Shown: positions 28,252 through 39,102, numbered from the stretch's first letter. The stretch: 64,000 nt of DNA from Akkermansia muciniphila (GCA_945860945.1 CAMASG010000001.1:6545-70544), one strand, 5' to 3'. The notes: generated by a model from the letters alone, not told the origin. Program-made: numbers and translations.

Positions 28252-29052
28252 ATGGACTTGGGTTTGAAAGAGAAGGTGGTGCTCATCAGCGGCGGCGCTT
28301 CCGGCATTGGTGAAGCCACGGTTCGATTGCTCGCCGCAGAAGGCGCGCGCGTCACTATCGCTGATCGCAATTCCTCCGCCGGCCGCGCTCTCGCCAGCGA
28401 ACTCACAAACGCCGGTGCGCACGTTTTATTCTGTGAAGGCGATTTGACTCGCGAAGATGCCTGCCGTGCTGCCGTGACCGACACGCTGCAGAAATGGGGA
28501 CGCCTGGATATTCTCGTTAACAACGCTGGCGTGAACGACGGCGTTGGGTTGGAGCGTCCACCGGCCGATTTTCTGGCGTCGATTCACTTGAACCTGTTCC
28601 ACGTTTTTGCGCTGACCCATTTTGCGCGAGAGGCGCTTTGCCAATCGCAGGGTGCTGTGGTGAACGTCAGTTCCAAAGTGAGCGTGACGGGGCAGGGCAA
28701 GACCTCTGGCTACGCCGCGGCCAAAGGTGGAGTGAACGCGCTTACACGCGAGTGGGCCGTGGCATTCGCGCCGCACAACGTGCGCGTGAACTGCGTGGTG
28801 CCAGCCGAGTGCGACACGCCGCAGTATGAGAATTGGTTCCAGTCGTTGCCCGATCCTGCAGCGGCGCGTGCGGCCATCGAATCGCTCGTACCATTGGGCC
28901 GCCGTTTGACGCGTGCGGACGAACTTGCCGCCACCATCGCCTTCCTCGCTTCGCCTCGCGCAGCCCATATCACGGGGCAACTGCTCTTCGTGGACGGCGG
29001 CTACACGCACCTCGATCGCGCCGTCAGCGTCAGCCACCAAAAGTGGGGTTGA
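28252..29052 (+). CDS. SDR-family oxidoreductase
   Basis: ISGGASGIGEAT cofactor motif, NNAG and the YAAAKGG catalytic Tyr-x3-Lys. Confidence 0.85.
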   Translation: MDLGLKEKVVLISGGASGIGEATVRLLAAEGARVTIADRNSSAGRALASELTNAGAHVLFCEGDLTREDACRAAVTDTLQKWGRLDILVNNAGVNDGVGLERPPADFLASIHLNLFHVFALTHFAREALCQSQGAVVNVSSKVSVTGQGKTSGYAAAKGGVNALTREWAVAFAPHNVRVNCVVPAECDTPQYENWFQSLPDPAAARAAIESLVPLGRRLTRADELAATIAFLASPRAAHITGQLLFVDGGYTHLDRAVSVSHQKWG

Positions 29053-29104
29053 CCTCACGGGAATTGACCCGCGCGATTTTTTGGAGGATAAGAAGATCCT
29101 TCAT

Positions 29105-29180
29105 GGGCGGTTGGCGCAGTGGTTAGCGCAGATGCCTTACACGCATTTGGTCGGGGGTTCGAGTCCCTCACCGCCCACCA
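29105..29180 (+). tRNA. tRNA-Val (anticodon UAC)
   Basis: Hand-folded cloverleaf: acceptor GGGCGGT/ACCGCCC, anticodon loop CTTACAC, T-arm GGGGG-TTCGAGT-CCCTC, encoded CCA. Confidence 0.9.
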
Positions 29181-29257
29181 TTTCTCACTCTCTCTTGGCG
29201 AAAGCCTCTTGACTTGCCTCGTGCGCTTCTATTAACTGCAAACGTTTTGCAAAACGA

Positions 29258-29566
29258 ATGACTGGACGTTTGACAACTCGACAGCGGATAGTCTGCGGCT
29301 TTTGCGCCGTCTGGCTCGCGGTCTGTTCGTTGCTTGCCGTCAGTTCGTTCCACGCTGAAGAGCATACGACGTGCGACAGCCACGAGGAGGGATGCGCCCT
29401 GTGTCTTTTCACTGGCAGTCAGATTGAACCGGTTGTGCCGGTTGTCGCCCCGAATCCCAGAACGATTCACTTCAGTCCCGTTGCTGTTGCTCTGGACACT
29501 TTCATTGCTTCGATCGAGTTTCTCTCTCCTCCTGGCCGCGCACCGCCCGCCTTCTTTCTCCTCTAA
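29258..29566 (+). CDS. small exported Cys/His-rich protein (DUF2946-like architecture)
   Basis: 102 aa. Hydrophobic N-terminus followed by HAEEHTTCDSHEEGCALCLF. It is the first gene of a metal-uptake cluster. Family assignment is by resemblance only. Confidence 0.5.
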   Translation: MTGRLTTRQRIVCGFCAVWLAVCSLLAVSSFHAEEHTTCDSHEEGCALCLFTGSQIEPVVPVVAPNPRTIHFSPVAVALDTFIASIEFLSPPGRAPPAFFLL

Positions 29567-29654
29567 TTATCCATAGTCGTCCGTTGTCTTTTGTTGGAAC
29601 CGTGGCTGGCGCTGTGTGGCGTTGGCCCAACCAGAAACTTGTCAGGAGAAAAAT

Positions 29655-31073
29655 ATGAAGATCACAAAAATGTGGGGATGGACTTCGGTACTTTGCCTGA
29701 GCGCGATGTCGCTCGTGGCTCAGGAGACGAATCAGGTGGAGCAACTGAAGCTGCAGATCAAGCAACTGCAGGAGAACTTCGAGAAGCAGCAGCAGATTCA
29801 GCGTCAGCAAATCGAAGCGCTGACGCGGCAGGTTGAAACGATCCAGCGGCAGACCGCCGGGCCCGCACCTGCGGGAACGAACGCCGCCGTGGTCGGCAAG
29901 CTCGATGACTGGCAGACGCGTTCGTGGCGTTTAGGAGATCCGCTGCGGATTGGAAATCAGCGCAGTTACATGGACATCGGGTTGATCGGCACGTTTGCTG
30001 TGGGCGGTTCGACGGCGAACGATTTAGGATCGCTGCAAAGTGGCGGGCACGACCCGAGCCGTGGCGGATTCAATATGCAGTCACTGGAGCTGGCGTTGAG
30101 TGGCAACGTGGATCAACTCTTCCGCGCGAACGCGCATCTGCTGTTTCCTCCGGGTTCGGGCAGTGTGGAAACGGAGGGGGCGTATCTCGAGACGATCAGC
30201 TTGCCCGGCGGACTGCAGTTGCGCGCGGGCCAGTTTCTCACCGAGTTCGGCCGACAGAACCCGCAGCATCCGCACGCGTGGAACTTCGTGGATAGCTCGC
30301 TAGTGAATCAGCGGATGTTTGGTGGAGACAATATGCGCGGCCTCGGCGCGAGCGTTTCGTGGCTCGTGCCAACGCCGTTTTACTCCGAGCTGTTCCTCTC
30401 AGTCCAAAACAACGAAGGCGAAACGATGCACAGCTTTCGCAATGAACTGGAATCCGGAGAAACGCTGTTCGGCCGGTCGCTGAGCTTCACCAGTTCACCG
30501 AAGTCACTCAACCAACTCGCGTACACGCCGCGCTACGCCGTCTCGTTCGATCTCACCGACACGCAGACGATGCTGCTCGGTGTTTCGGCTGCGCTCGGCA
30601 ACAACAGCAGTGGAGCGGACACCCAGTCGCGCATCTACGGCGGCGATCTCACGTGGAAATGGAAACCGGCTGATCACGCGGGCGGGTATCCCTTCGTACA
30701 ATGGCAGACGGAAGGAATCTTCCGAGATTACGAGGCGGGAGCCGCGAGTGGTTTGTCTGCTGAGACGTTGAAGGACTACGGAATCTATTCGCAGATCAGC
30801 TACGGCTTCACCAAAGGCTGGATCGCAGGACTGCGATGGGATTACGTGGATCGCACTGGCCTGGCGACCAGTCTGGGTGGATCCAATAATTACGACGATG
30901 CCGAGCGTGCCGGTCGCTGGCGACTCGCGCCCAACCTCACGTGGTCCCCGAGCGAGTTCTCAAAGGTGCGCCTGCAATACAATCACGACGAGCGGCGCGG
31001 CCTTGGCACGGACCACACCGTTTGGCTGCAGTTTGAATTCAGCCTCGGCGCGCATGGCAAGCATAAGTTCTGA
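29655..31073 (+). CDS. putative outer-membrane beta-barrel porin with N-terminal coiled coil
   Basis: AGGAGA SD 6 nt upstream of the ATG. Signal peptide, then a Gln/Glu-rich heptad segment (QLKLQIKQLQENFEKQQQIQRQQIE). Alternating amphipathic strands end in a terminal aromatic residue (...HGKHKF). Confidence 0.6.
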   Translation: MKITKMWGWTSVLCLSAMSLVAQETNQVEQLKLQIKQLQENFEKQQQIQRQQIEALTRQVETIQRQTAGPAPAGTNAAVVGKLDDWQTRSWRLGDPLRIGNQRSYMDIGLIGTFAVGGSTANDLGSLQSGGHDPSRGGFNMQSLELALSGNVDQLFRANAHLLFPPGSGSVETEGAYLETISLPGGLQLRAGQFLTEFGRQNPQHPHAWNFVDSSLVNQRMFGGDNMRGLGASVSWLVPTPFYSELFLSVQNNEGETMHSFRNELESGETLFGRSLSFTSSPKSLNQLAYTPRYAVSFDLTDTQTMLLGVSAALGNNSSGADTQSRIYGGDLTWKWKPADHAGGYPFVQWQTEGIFRDYEAGAASGLSAETLKDYGIYSQISYGFTKGWIAGLRWDYVDRTGLATSLGGSNNYDDAERAGRWRLAPNLTWSPSEFSKVRLQYNHDERRGLGTDHTVWLQFEFSLGAHGKHKF

Positions 31074-31105
31074 GTCGAAGCGAAGATGAGAACTCACTAA
31101 CCGCC

Positions 31106-32020
31106 ATGAAGCTGAAATCCCTCGCCGCTATTGTCGCGCTCTTCGCGTTCACGCTGTTGGTTCAAGCCAAGCTCACCGTCGTTGCCACCACGGCGGACCT
31201 CGGTTCGATCGCTCGCGAAATCGGTGGTGACCGTGTGGAAATTACCATGCTCGCCAAGCCGACGGAGGATCCGCACTTCGTGGATCCGAAGCCGAGCTTC
31301 ATCATCAAACTCAACCGCGCCGACGCGTTGTTGGAAGGCGGCGCGGAGTTGGAGATTGGCTGGCTTACGCCGTTGTTGGAGGGCGCGCGTAACAGGAACC
31401 TCGGACTGGGGCAGCCTGGGCGCGTCATTTGTTCAAAAGGCGTCGAGATGCTCGAGGTGCCCACCGTGCTCGACCGTGCACAGGGCGACATTCACGCTGC
31501 GGGCAATCCGCATTATTTGACCGACCCCGCCAATGCGAAGATTGTCGCGAGCAACATCGCCGCTGCCTTTGCTCAACTCGATGCCGGTTCTACGGATTTC
31601 TTCCAGGCCAATCTCAAGCGGTTCATAACCCAACTCGACACCAAGCTCGCCGAGTGGCAGAAGGCGCTCGCGCCGTATCAGGGCCGGCGCATTGTGGCCT
31701 ATCACAATTCGTGGCCTTACTTCGCCAAGCGTTTCGGCTTGAAGGTGGATTTATTTCTCGAACCGAAGCCGGGCATTCCGCCATCACCCGCGCATCTCGC
31801 AGGCGTGATTGCCAAGATGAAGGCCGATAAAATTGGCGTGGTGTTCGTGGAGCCGCAGTTGAGCCGACGCACGGCCGAGAACGTTGCGCGCAACACCGGC
31901 GGAGCGGTCGTGGAGGTGTCGCACTTTCCCGGCGGCGTGAAAGGGACGGAGGCTGGCTACCTCGCGCTGATGGATCACATCGTGAACTCGTTGGCCAAAG
32001 CCTTGGCCGCGCAAAAATAA
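31106..32020 (+). CDS. metal ABC transporter substrate-binding protein (ZnuA/TroA cluster-9 family)
   Basis: Signal peptide, then the DPHFV, GNPHYL and YHNSWPYF blocks typical of ZnuA/TroA. There is no His-rich loop, so metal specificity is open. Confidence 0.85.
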   Translation: MKLKSLAAIVALFAFTLLVQAKLTVVATTADLGSIAREIGGDRVEITMLAKPTEDPHFVDPKPSFIIKLNRADALLEGGAELEIGWLTPLLEGARNRNLGLGQPGRVICSKGVEMLEVPTVLDRAQGDIHAAGNPHYLTDPANAKIVASNIAAAFAQLDAGSTDFFQANLKRFITQLDTKLAEWQKALAPYQGRRIVAYHNSWPYFAKRFGLKVDLFLEPKPGIPPSPAHLAGVIAKMKADKIGVVFVEPQLSRRTAENVARNTGGAVVEVSHFPGGVKGTEAGYLALMDHIVNSLAKALAAQK

Positions 32021-32028
32021 GGATACGG

Positions 32029-32865
32029 ATGAGTGACGCGTTTCTCGTGATGAAATGGCCGCTGCTGGCTTGCCTGCTGCTCCCGGGGATGCTTGTTTAT
32101 TTCGGCCTGCACATCGTGCGCCGCGGTATCATCTTCGTGGACCTCGCGCTCGCCCAGGTGGCCGCGCTGGGCACCTGTCTCTGCGTGATGCTCGGCCACG
32201 ACCCGCACGATTTCCACACCTACCTCTGGTCGCTCGGATTCACGTTACTGGGCGCACTTATTTTCACTTTCACGCGTACGCGTGAGAACCATCGCGTGCC
32301 GCAGGAAGCGCTCATTGGCATCGTCTATGTCGTCGCGGCGGCTGCAGCGATTCTACTTCTCAGCAAGTCCACCGCCGGCAATGAAGAGCTGAAGAACACC
32401 CTGGTTGGCGATGTGCTGAATGTTTCTCAGTCGCAGGTTTGGAAAACCTTTGTACTCTTCGCAATCATCGCGGCCATCCACTTCGTGTTTCGAAAACGGT
32501 TTCTCGCGCTCACCTTCGATCCGACGTCCGCTGCGGAGCCGCGCGCGCGTGGATGGGATTTCCTTTTCTACGCCACGTTCGGTCTCGTGGTGACGAGCTT
32601 CGTGCAGATTGGCGGCGTGCTGCTGGTCTTCAGCTACCTCGTCGTGCCGGCGGTTTGTGCGAACCTGCTCGCCACCTCGCTCGGAACGATGCTGGTGATT
32701 GGCATCGTGACGGCAACGCTCGGCGGCGTTGGCGGGTTGGCGCTTTCTTACCAATGCGATCTGCCCACCGGCGCGGCCATCGTCTGCTCGCTTGGCGCCG
32801 TTTTGATTCTTACGGCGGTCGTCTCGAAGTTTTATCAGCCTCGTTCTGAAACAGAGAAGAGTTGA
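32029..32865 (+). CDS. metal ABC transporter permease (ZnuB/TroCD family)
   Basis: 278 aa and polytopic, with ZnuB-like helices (EALIGIVYVVAAAAAILL). No cognate ATPase gene is adjacent. Confidence 0.85.
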   Translation: MSDAFLVMKWPLLACLLLPGMLVYFGLHIVRRGIIFVDLALAQVAALGTCLCVMLGHDPHDFHTYLWSLGFTLLGALIFTFTRTRENHRVPQEALIGIVYVVAAAAAILLLSKSTAGNEELKNTLVGDVLNVSQSQVWKTFVLFAIIAAIHFVFRKRFLALTFDPTSAAEPRARGWDFLFYATFGLVVTSFVQIGGVLLVFSYLVVPAVCANLLATSLGTMLVIGIVTATLGGVGGLALSYQCDLPTGAAIVCSLGAVLILTAVVSKFYQPRSETEKS

Positions 32866-32914
32866 GAAGCTCAGGAAAAACCTTTTCCGAACGGTTGCGG
32901 CAGGCATCATCGGG

Positions 32915-33047
32915 GATTGATGTGCGATTGATGTGCGATTGATGTGCGATTGATGTGCGATTGATGTGCGATTGATGTGCGATTGATGTGCGATTGATGT
33001 GCGATTGATGTCCGATTGATGTCCGATTGATGTCCGATTGATGTGCG

Positions 33048-33050
<3 letters not shown>
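32915..33050. repeat. perfect 11-bp tandem repeat, 12 full units plus a degenerate 13th
   Basis: GATTGATGTGC x8, GATTGATGTCC x3, GATTGATGTGC x1, then GATG. Unit starts are at 32915 + 11n. Confidence 0.95.
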
Positions 33051-34004
<954 letters not shown>

Positions 34005-34024
34005 GTTTTCAACGCGCCCGCGCC

Positions 34025-35515
34025 ATGCACGAATTCCCTTTCAAACTAGTCCGCGTCCCGTCGCTCAAGACGGTTGAGGATTTTCGGAATCACTGCGTTG
34101 CGCTCGGCATCGAGTTGCCGTGCGAAGATGCCATCGCCGTCGGTGCGAACTCGCCGCTCACCTGGCCTGTTGAGCACGCCGTCATCAATGGCAAACGTAT
34201 TGGCAACCGCATCGCGCTCCATCCGATGGAGGGCTGGGATGGCACGACGAGCGGTGGCGTGACGGACGAGATGCGTCGGCGCTGGCAGCGTTTCGGTGAG
34301 AGCGGCGCGAAGTTGATTTGCGGTGCGGAGGCGATGGCCGTGCGCCCCGATGGCCGCGCGAATCCGAACCAGCTCATCATCATCGAGCAGAACAAGGCCG
34401 GGCTCGCGGAGTTGATGGGCATCTTGAAGAAGGCGCACGCGGAGCGTTACGGAACGACGGATGATTTGGTTATCGGCTTTCAGCTCACGCACTCGGGCCG
34501 ATTCTGCAAGCCGAACGACAAGAAACGCTGGGAATCGCGCGTGGCGTTCCGGCATCCGATCCTCGACAAGAAATTCAACGTGACGAGCGACGCGCAGGTT
34601 TTCACCGACGCAGAGCTGGAGCGGCTCGTTCAGGATTTCGTCGCGGCCGCGAAGATCGCGTGGGAGGTCGGCGCGGACTTCGTGGACATCAAGCATTGCC
34701 ACGGTTATCTGCTGCACGAACTCCTCGGCGCGCACACGCGGCCGGGGAAATATGGCGGCAGCTTCGAGAATCGCACGCGGCTGCTGGGCGAGATTATCGC
34801 GGGCATCCGCACGAGTGGGAATCCCATCGAGTTCGGTGTGCGACTGAGCTGCTTTGACAAGGTGCCGCATCGGCCCGATCCGGCGTTGTCGCAGCCGGGC
34901 AAACTTGGTCCAGGCATCCCCGAAGAATTTGCGCACTGCCTGCCGTATCGTTACGGCTTCGGCGTGGATCAGAATGATCCGACGCAGATTGATTTGGCAG
35001 AGACGTTTCAGTTCGTTGAACTCTGCGCGCAGATTGGCGTGAAGATTCTCAACACCACGGCCGGCTCGCCGTATTATACGCCGCATTTGCAGCGGCCGGC
35101 CGCGTATCCGCCGAGCGACGGTTACCAGTCGGCGCACGATCCGCTGATCGATGTGGCGCGGCAGGTGCAAGTGGTTCGCCAACTCCGCGCAAAGGCGCCG
35201 CAGGGAATGGTCGTCGTCGGTTCCGGGCTGAGCTACGTGCAGGAATATCTGCCGCACGTGTCGCAATATTTGCTGCGCGAGGGTTGGGCGGACATGGTGG
35301 GGATCGGGCGAGCGGTGTTGAGTTATCCGAGCATGCTCACGGATGCGGCGGAGAAGGGTGAACTGGAAAAGCGCTTCATCTGTCGCACGTTTAGCGATTG
35401 TACGACGGCGCCGCGCAATGGGCTGATCAGCGGCTGCTATCCGCTCGATAAATTCTACACGTCACGGCCCGAGGCGCAGCAGCTCAAGGAAATCAAGAAA
35501 TCGGCCGGCGCTTGA
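34025..35515 (+). CDS. NADH:flavin oxidoreductase (Old Yellow Enzyme family)
   Basis: HPMEGW, GADFVDIKHCHGYLLHELL and ENRTRL motifs. Start at ATG 34025, not the longer overlapping track ORF. Confidence 0.85.
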   Translation: MHEFPFKLVRVPSLKTVEDFRNHCVALGIELPCEDAIAVGANSPLTWPVEHAVINGKRIGNRIALHPMEGWDGTTSGGVTDEMRRRWQRFGESGAKLICGAEAMAVRPDGRANPNQLIIIEQNKAGLAELMGILKKAHAERYGTTDDLVIGFQLTHSGRFCKPNDKKRWESRVAFRHPILDKKFNVTSDAQVFTDAELERLVQDFVAAAKIAWEVGADFVDIKHCHGYLLHELLGAHTRPGKYGGSFENRTRLLGEIIAGIRTSGNPIEFGVRLSCFDKVPHRPDPALSQPGKLGPGIPEEFAHCLPYRYGFGVDQNDPTQIDLAETFQFVELCAQIGVKILNTTAGSPYYTPHLQRPAAYPPSDGYQSAHDPLIDVARQVQVVRQLRAKAPQGMVVVGSGLSYVQEYLPHVSQYLLREGWADMVGIGRAVLSYPSMLTDAAEKGELEKRFICRTFSDCTTAPRNGLISGCYPLDKFYTSRPEAQQLKEIKKSAGA

Positions 35516-35563
35516 CACGGAAATTTGGTTGCCTTCCCCGCGGCGTTGCGCGATAGCGGAGGC

Positions 35564-37081
35564 ATGATTGCCTCGTTACTTCCCCGTTTGCTTCTCATCG
35601 CCCTCGGCCTTTTTCTTGCCAGCAACAGCACGGCGACTGCCGCTGAGTCACGTCCGCCCAATGTCGTTTTCATCATCGCCGACGATTTGGGCTACGGCGA
35701 CCTCGGCAGTTACGGGCAGAAGAAAATCCGCACGCCGCATCTCGATCGCATGGCGGCGGAAGGCATGCGCTTCACGCAGCATTACTCGGGTAACGCGGTG
35801 TGTGCGCCTTCGCGCTGCGTGTTGATGACGGGCAAACATCCGGGACACGCGTTCATACGTGACAACAAACAATTCAAGCCGGGACAGGATGAAGGTCAGT
35901 GGCCGATTCCCGCCGGAACGGTGACGCTCGCGAAGCTTTTCCAGCAACGCGGTTATGCGACGGGCGGTTTCGGTAAGTGGGGTCTTGGTGGGCCGGGCAC
36001 GGAAGGCGAACCGCTCAAGCAGGGGTTCACGCGCTGGTTCGGCTACAATTGCCAAGCCGTCGCGCATAATTTTTATCCGACCTATCTGTGGGACAACGAT
36101 CGCAAGGTGCCGTTGAAAAATCTGCCCTTCGCCGCGAATCAAAAACTGTCCGAGGGCGCGGACCCGAAAGATCCGGCGAGCTACGTGCGCTACTCGGGGA
36201 AGGAGTATGCGTCGGACCTCATCTGGGAGCAGGCGCGCCAGTTCGTGCGGGATAACAAGTCGGGCCCCTTTCTTCTTTTCGCGCCGACGACCGTGCCTCA
36301 TCTGGCGCTGCAGGTGCCGGAAGATTCGCTGGCCGAGTATCGCGGTAAATTCCACGACGAACCGTATCCGGGCGGCAAAGGTTACCTGCCGCACATGATT
36401 CCCCGTGCGGCATACGCGGCGATGATCACGCGTATGGACAAAGAAATTGGCCGTGTGATGGACTTGGTGAAGGAGCTCGGGCTCGACGAGCAGACAATCT
36501 TCCTCTTCACGTCGGATAACGGCCCGCTCTACGACAAGCTCGGCGGCACCGATTGCGAGTTCTTCAACTCGCATGGCGGACTGCGTGGGCGCAAAGGCGC
36601 GCTTTACGAAGGCGGTTTTCGCGTGCCTGGCATCGTGCGTTGGAAAGGCCGCATCACGCCGGGCATCTCGGAACGCGTGACGGGGTTCGAGGATTGGCTG
36701 CCGACATTGCTCGAGTTGGTTGGAGCGAAAGAGGCGCTGCCCGCCGATCTTGATGGCTTCAGCTTCGCACCGACGTTGCGTGGCGAGAAACAGCCGGACC
36801 GCCCGTTTCTCTATCGCGAGTTTCCCGGCTACGGCGGGCAGCAGTGTATCCGCGTGGGCGACTGGAAAGGTGTTCGCCAAGGTTTGTTCTTGAGAGGGAA
36901 GAAAGCTGGCACATCAGAAGGACGCCTCGAGTTGTATAACCTCAAAGAGGACGTCGCCGAGTCGCGCGATGTGGCCGCGCAGCATCCGGAGATTGTCGCG
37001 CGGCTGGAGCGGTTGTTGCGCGAGCAGCATACGCCTTCAAAGGAGTTTCCGTTTCCGCTGCTTGACGCTGCTGCGCGTTGA
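35564..37081 (+). CDS. arylsulfatase A-family sulfatase (formylglycine-dependent)
   Basis: Signal peptide, PNVVFIIADDLGYGDLG and the CAPSRCVLMTGK formylglycine motif. A GGAGG SD precedes the ATG. Confidence 0.9.
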   Translation: MIASLLPRLLLIALGLFLASNSTATAAESRPPNVVFIIADDLGYGDLGSYGQKKIRTPHLDRMAAEGMRFTQHYSGNAVCAPSRCVLMTGKHPGHAFIRDNKQFKPGQDEGQWPIPAGTVTLAKLFQQRGYATGGFGKWGLGGPGTEGEPLKQGFTRWFGYNCQAVAHNFYPTYLWDNDRKVPLKNLPFAANQKLSEGADPKDPASYVRYSGKEYASDLIWEQARQFVRDNKSGPFLLFAPTTVPHLALQVPEDSLAEYRGKFHDEPYPGGKGYLPHMIPRAAYAAMITRMDKEIGRVMDLVKELGLDEQTIFLFTSDNGPLYDKLGGTDCEFFNSHGGLRGRKGALYEGGFRVPGIVRWKGRITPGISERVTGFEDWLPTLLELVGAKEALPADLDGFSFAPTLRGEKQPDRPFLYREFPGYGGQQCIRVGDWKGVRQGLFLRGKKAGTSEGRLELYNLKEDVAESRDVAAQHPEIVARLERLLREQHTPSKEFPFPLLDAAAR

Positions 37082-37086
37082 AAATA

Positions 37087-37114
37087 AAAACCCCGAGCAT
37101 GGCTCGGGGTTTTG
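37087..37114. terminator. bidirectional intrinsic terminator
   Basis: AAAAA-CCCCGAGC-ATG-GCTCGGGG-TTTT between convergent genes. Confidence 0.7.
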
Positions 37115-37137
37115 CGAGAAATCGTCGCGAGCGCCGT

Positions 37138-37857
37138 TCACCACCAAGTGAAGCTCGGATCCGGCGCGGGGGCGAGCAACCAGTTCGTCATGTTTGGCGG
37201 GAAGACGAAGAACTCGACGTGGCCGTCGCCGAAGAGCATCACGTGCCCCCGCTTGCCGGCGGAGGCGTGCCACATGTCGTCACGGTCGTAAGGCCAGTTC
37301 CAGTCGCCTTGAATGATCTTGTTCACCGCGTTGACGGCGATTTCCGCCTCGTTCATCGAGATCGCTGCGTAGGTGCCGGGCGCTTCGGTGGCCTCGCCGA
37401 GCACGCGCTTCACGCGGAACATATCGTCCGCCACCTGCGGTTGGTAGCTGCTGCCGAAGGCCAGATAGCAGTTCTGCACGTTGTAGGCCCCGCCGCCGAT
37501 GTCCGCGGGACAGCGGAAAATCTCCGTGCCGACATACTTGTTCAACGGCCGTGAAGCCGTCGGCGTGGTGGCACCGTAAAGCTGCGCCGCTACAGTCGGC
37601 GTGGTGAAGTTGCCTTGGACACCTCCGCTGCCAGCCGAGCCAGCGACGACCGGATAACGCTCAGTATTGTCGGTGGCGTACATCATGAACGCCTTGCCGA
37701 TCTGCTGCTGGTTGCTGATGCACTTCACCGTGCGCCCTTTGGACTTCGCACGGCCCAAGGCTGGCAGGAGCAGGCTGGCGAGGATGCCGATGATGGCGAT
37801 GACAACCAAGACCTCGATCAGCGTGAATGCGGAGTGCTTCGCGTTCGTCTTCTTCAT
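37138..37857 (-). CDS. prepilin-type N-terminal cleavage/methylation domain protein (pseudopilin-like, H-x9-DG type)
   Basis: [27 protein letters not shown]-terminus and C-terminal LFGDGHVEFF. Confidence 0.8.
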   Translation of the reverse strand: MKKTNAKHSAFTLIEVLVVIAIIGILASLLLPALGRAKSKGRTVKCISNQQQIGKAFMMYATDNTERYPVVAGSAGSGGVQGNFTTPTVAAQLYGATTPTASRPLNKYVGTEIFRCPADIGGGAYNVQNCYLAFGSSYQPQVADDMFRVKRVLGEATEAPGTYAAISMNEAEIAVNAVNKIIQGDWNWPYDRDDMWHASAGKRGHVMLFGDGHVEFFVFPPNMTNWLLAPAPDPSFTWW

Positions 37858-38010
37858 CTTCTTGTCTTCTTGATTCGGTAAGTTCCGTCCCCTTGCGTAA
37901 TTTTCTGTCTGAACTTTTTGGAAGGTATTCCAGTCAGAGAGGTGGGTAAAGGGAATACCGCATCCACAATGAGCCGCGCCCTCTTCGGTATCCTCTCTTC
38001 CGAGCCGTTT

Positions 38011-38985
38011 TCAGAAGGTGAGGAGTTGGTTGGTCACTGTGCCGGTGCAGCTGCTGCCGCAGCCGGCGGTGCAGGCGAGGCAATGCGCGCCGGTCTGGAT
38101 TGCTCGGCCAGCGAGATCCACCGGTGTCACGTCCCAGAGATGGAGAGGTCGGCCGCCGCCGAGTGGCATCTCGAGCATCTGGTTGAAGTCGCAGTCGTAA
38201 AGTTCGCCTCGCCAGCCGACGCTCAGTGTGGTCCGGCACATCAACCCTTCGACGGTCGCGGGATTGAAGTTGACCGCGAGCAGGTCGAGGTATTCGTCCC
38301 ACCGATTCTGTCGGCGCAAATCATCGGCGAAACGTGCAATCGGCTGATTCGTGATCGTGAAGAGGCGGTTGAAGATGATGCCGTGATCGCGTGCGAGCGC
38401 TTCTTTGTAATCGGCCTCCAGCTCGGCTTGCGGCGGCGGGAGCGTCGGGCCGGTCGGATTGTAAACGAGATGCAGCGGCAGCCGTGTGCCGTAGGCGAGG
38501 GCGTTGAGTCGGCGCAGCGCCGCGATGCTCTTGGTGAACACGCCATCGCCGCGTTGGCGACGGACGTTCTCTTCGAGGTAACAGGGCAGGGAAGCGATGA
38601 CCTCGACTTCGTTCGCCGCGAGGAATTCAGCTACCCAGCCGAAGCCATCTTCCTCGAGGATGGTGAGGTTGCAGCGGTCAATCACGCGGGCGCCGCTGGC
38701 GCGCGCGGTCTCGACGAGGAAGCGGAAGTGCTCGTTCATTTCGGGCGCGCCGCCGGTGATGTCCACAATCGGTGGACGATGGTCGCGGATCCATTCGGCG
38801 ATGCGCGCGGCGGTGTCGGCCTCCATCATTTCCGTGCGCCACGGCGCGGCATCCACGTGGCAGTGGCGGCAGGCTTGGTTGCAGCGACGACCGAGATTGA
38901 GTTGGAGCGTGAGGAGCGTCTCGCGCTGGAGGTCGGCGCGGTGGTCGATATGATGGGCGGCGAGTTGTTGCGCGAATCGGTTCAT
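38011..38985 (-). CDS. radical SAM/Cys-rich-domain protein of the ArsS-like family
   Basis: CNQACRHCH (CxxxCxxC) and the C-terminal Cys cluster HCLACTAGCGSSCTG. The start is set at MNRFAQQ (ATG 38985); the longer track ORF upstream is not supported. Confidence 0.8.
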   Translation of the reverse strand: MNRFAQQLAAHHIDHRADLQRETLLTLQLNLGRRCNQACRHCHVDAAPWRTEMMEADTAARIAEWIRDHRPPIVDITGGAPEMNEHFRFLVETARASGARVIDRCNLTILEEDGFGWVAEFLAANEVEVIASLPCYLEENVRRQRGDGVFTKSIAALRRLNALAYGTRLPLHLVYNPTGPTLPPPQAELEADYKEALARDHGIIFNRLFTITNQPIARFADDLRRQNRWDEYLDLLAVNFNPATVEGLMCRTTLSVGWRGELYDCDFNQMLEMPLGGGRPLHLWDVTPVDLAGRAIQTGAHCLACTAGCGSSCTGTVTNQLLTF

Positions 38986-39102
38986 CGACGCGGGGAGAGT
39001 AGCAGAGGCGCAGTGATGCGCCATCGCGGAATCTGCTCGCCGTGCTTCGACAGTCGCACTTTGTTCTTTGAACTTGGTCGGGAGCCAATTATTTTTCCGC
39101 CA

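Noticed and set aside
29105-29660. tRNA-Val as the integration site of a genomic island (the sequence after it looks less GC-rich)
   Set aside because: There is no integrase, transposase or phage gene downstream. I found no direct repeat of the tRNA 3' end. The following genes form an ordinary metal-uptake operon.
37138-37857. Pseudopilin-like genes (also 48624..49190) as evidence for a type II secretion or type IV pilus locus
   Set aside because: No secretin, assembly ATPase, platform protein or prepilin peptidase is nearby. Isolated genes of this kind are abundant in PVC-type genomes.
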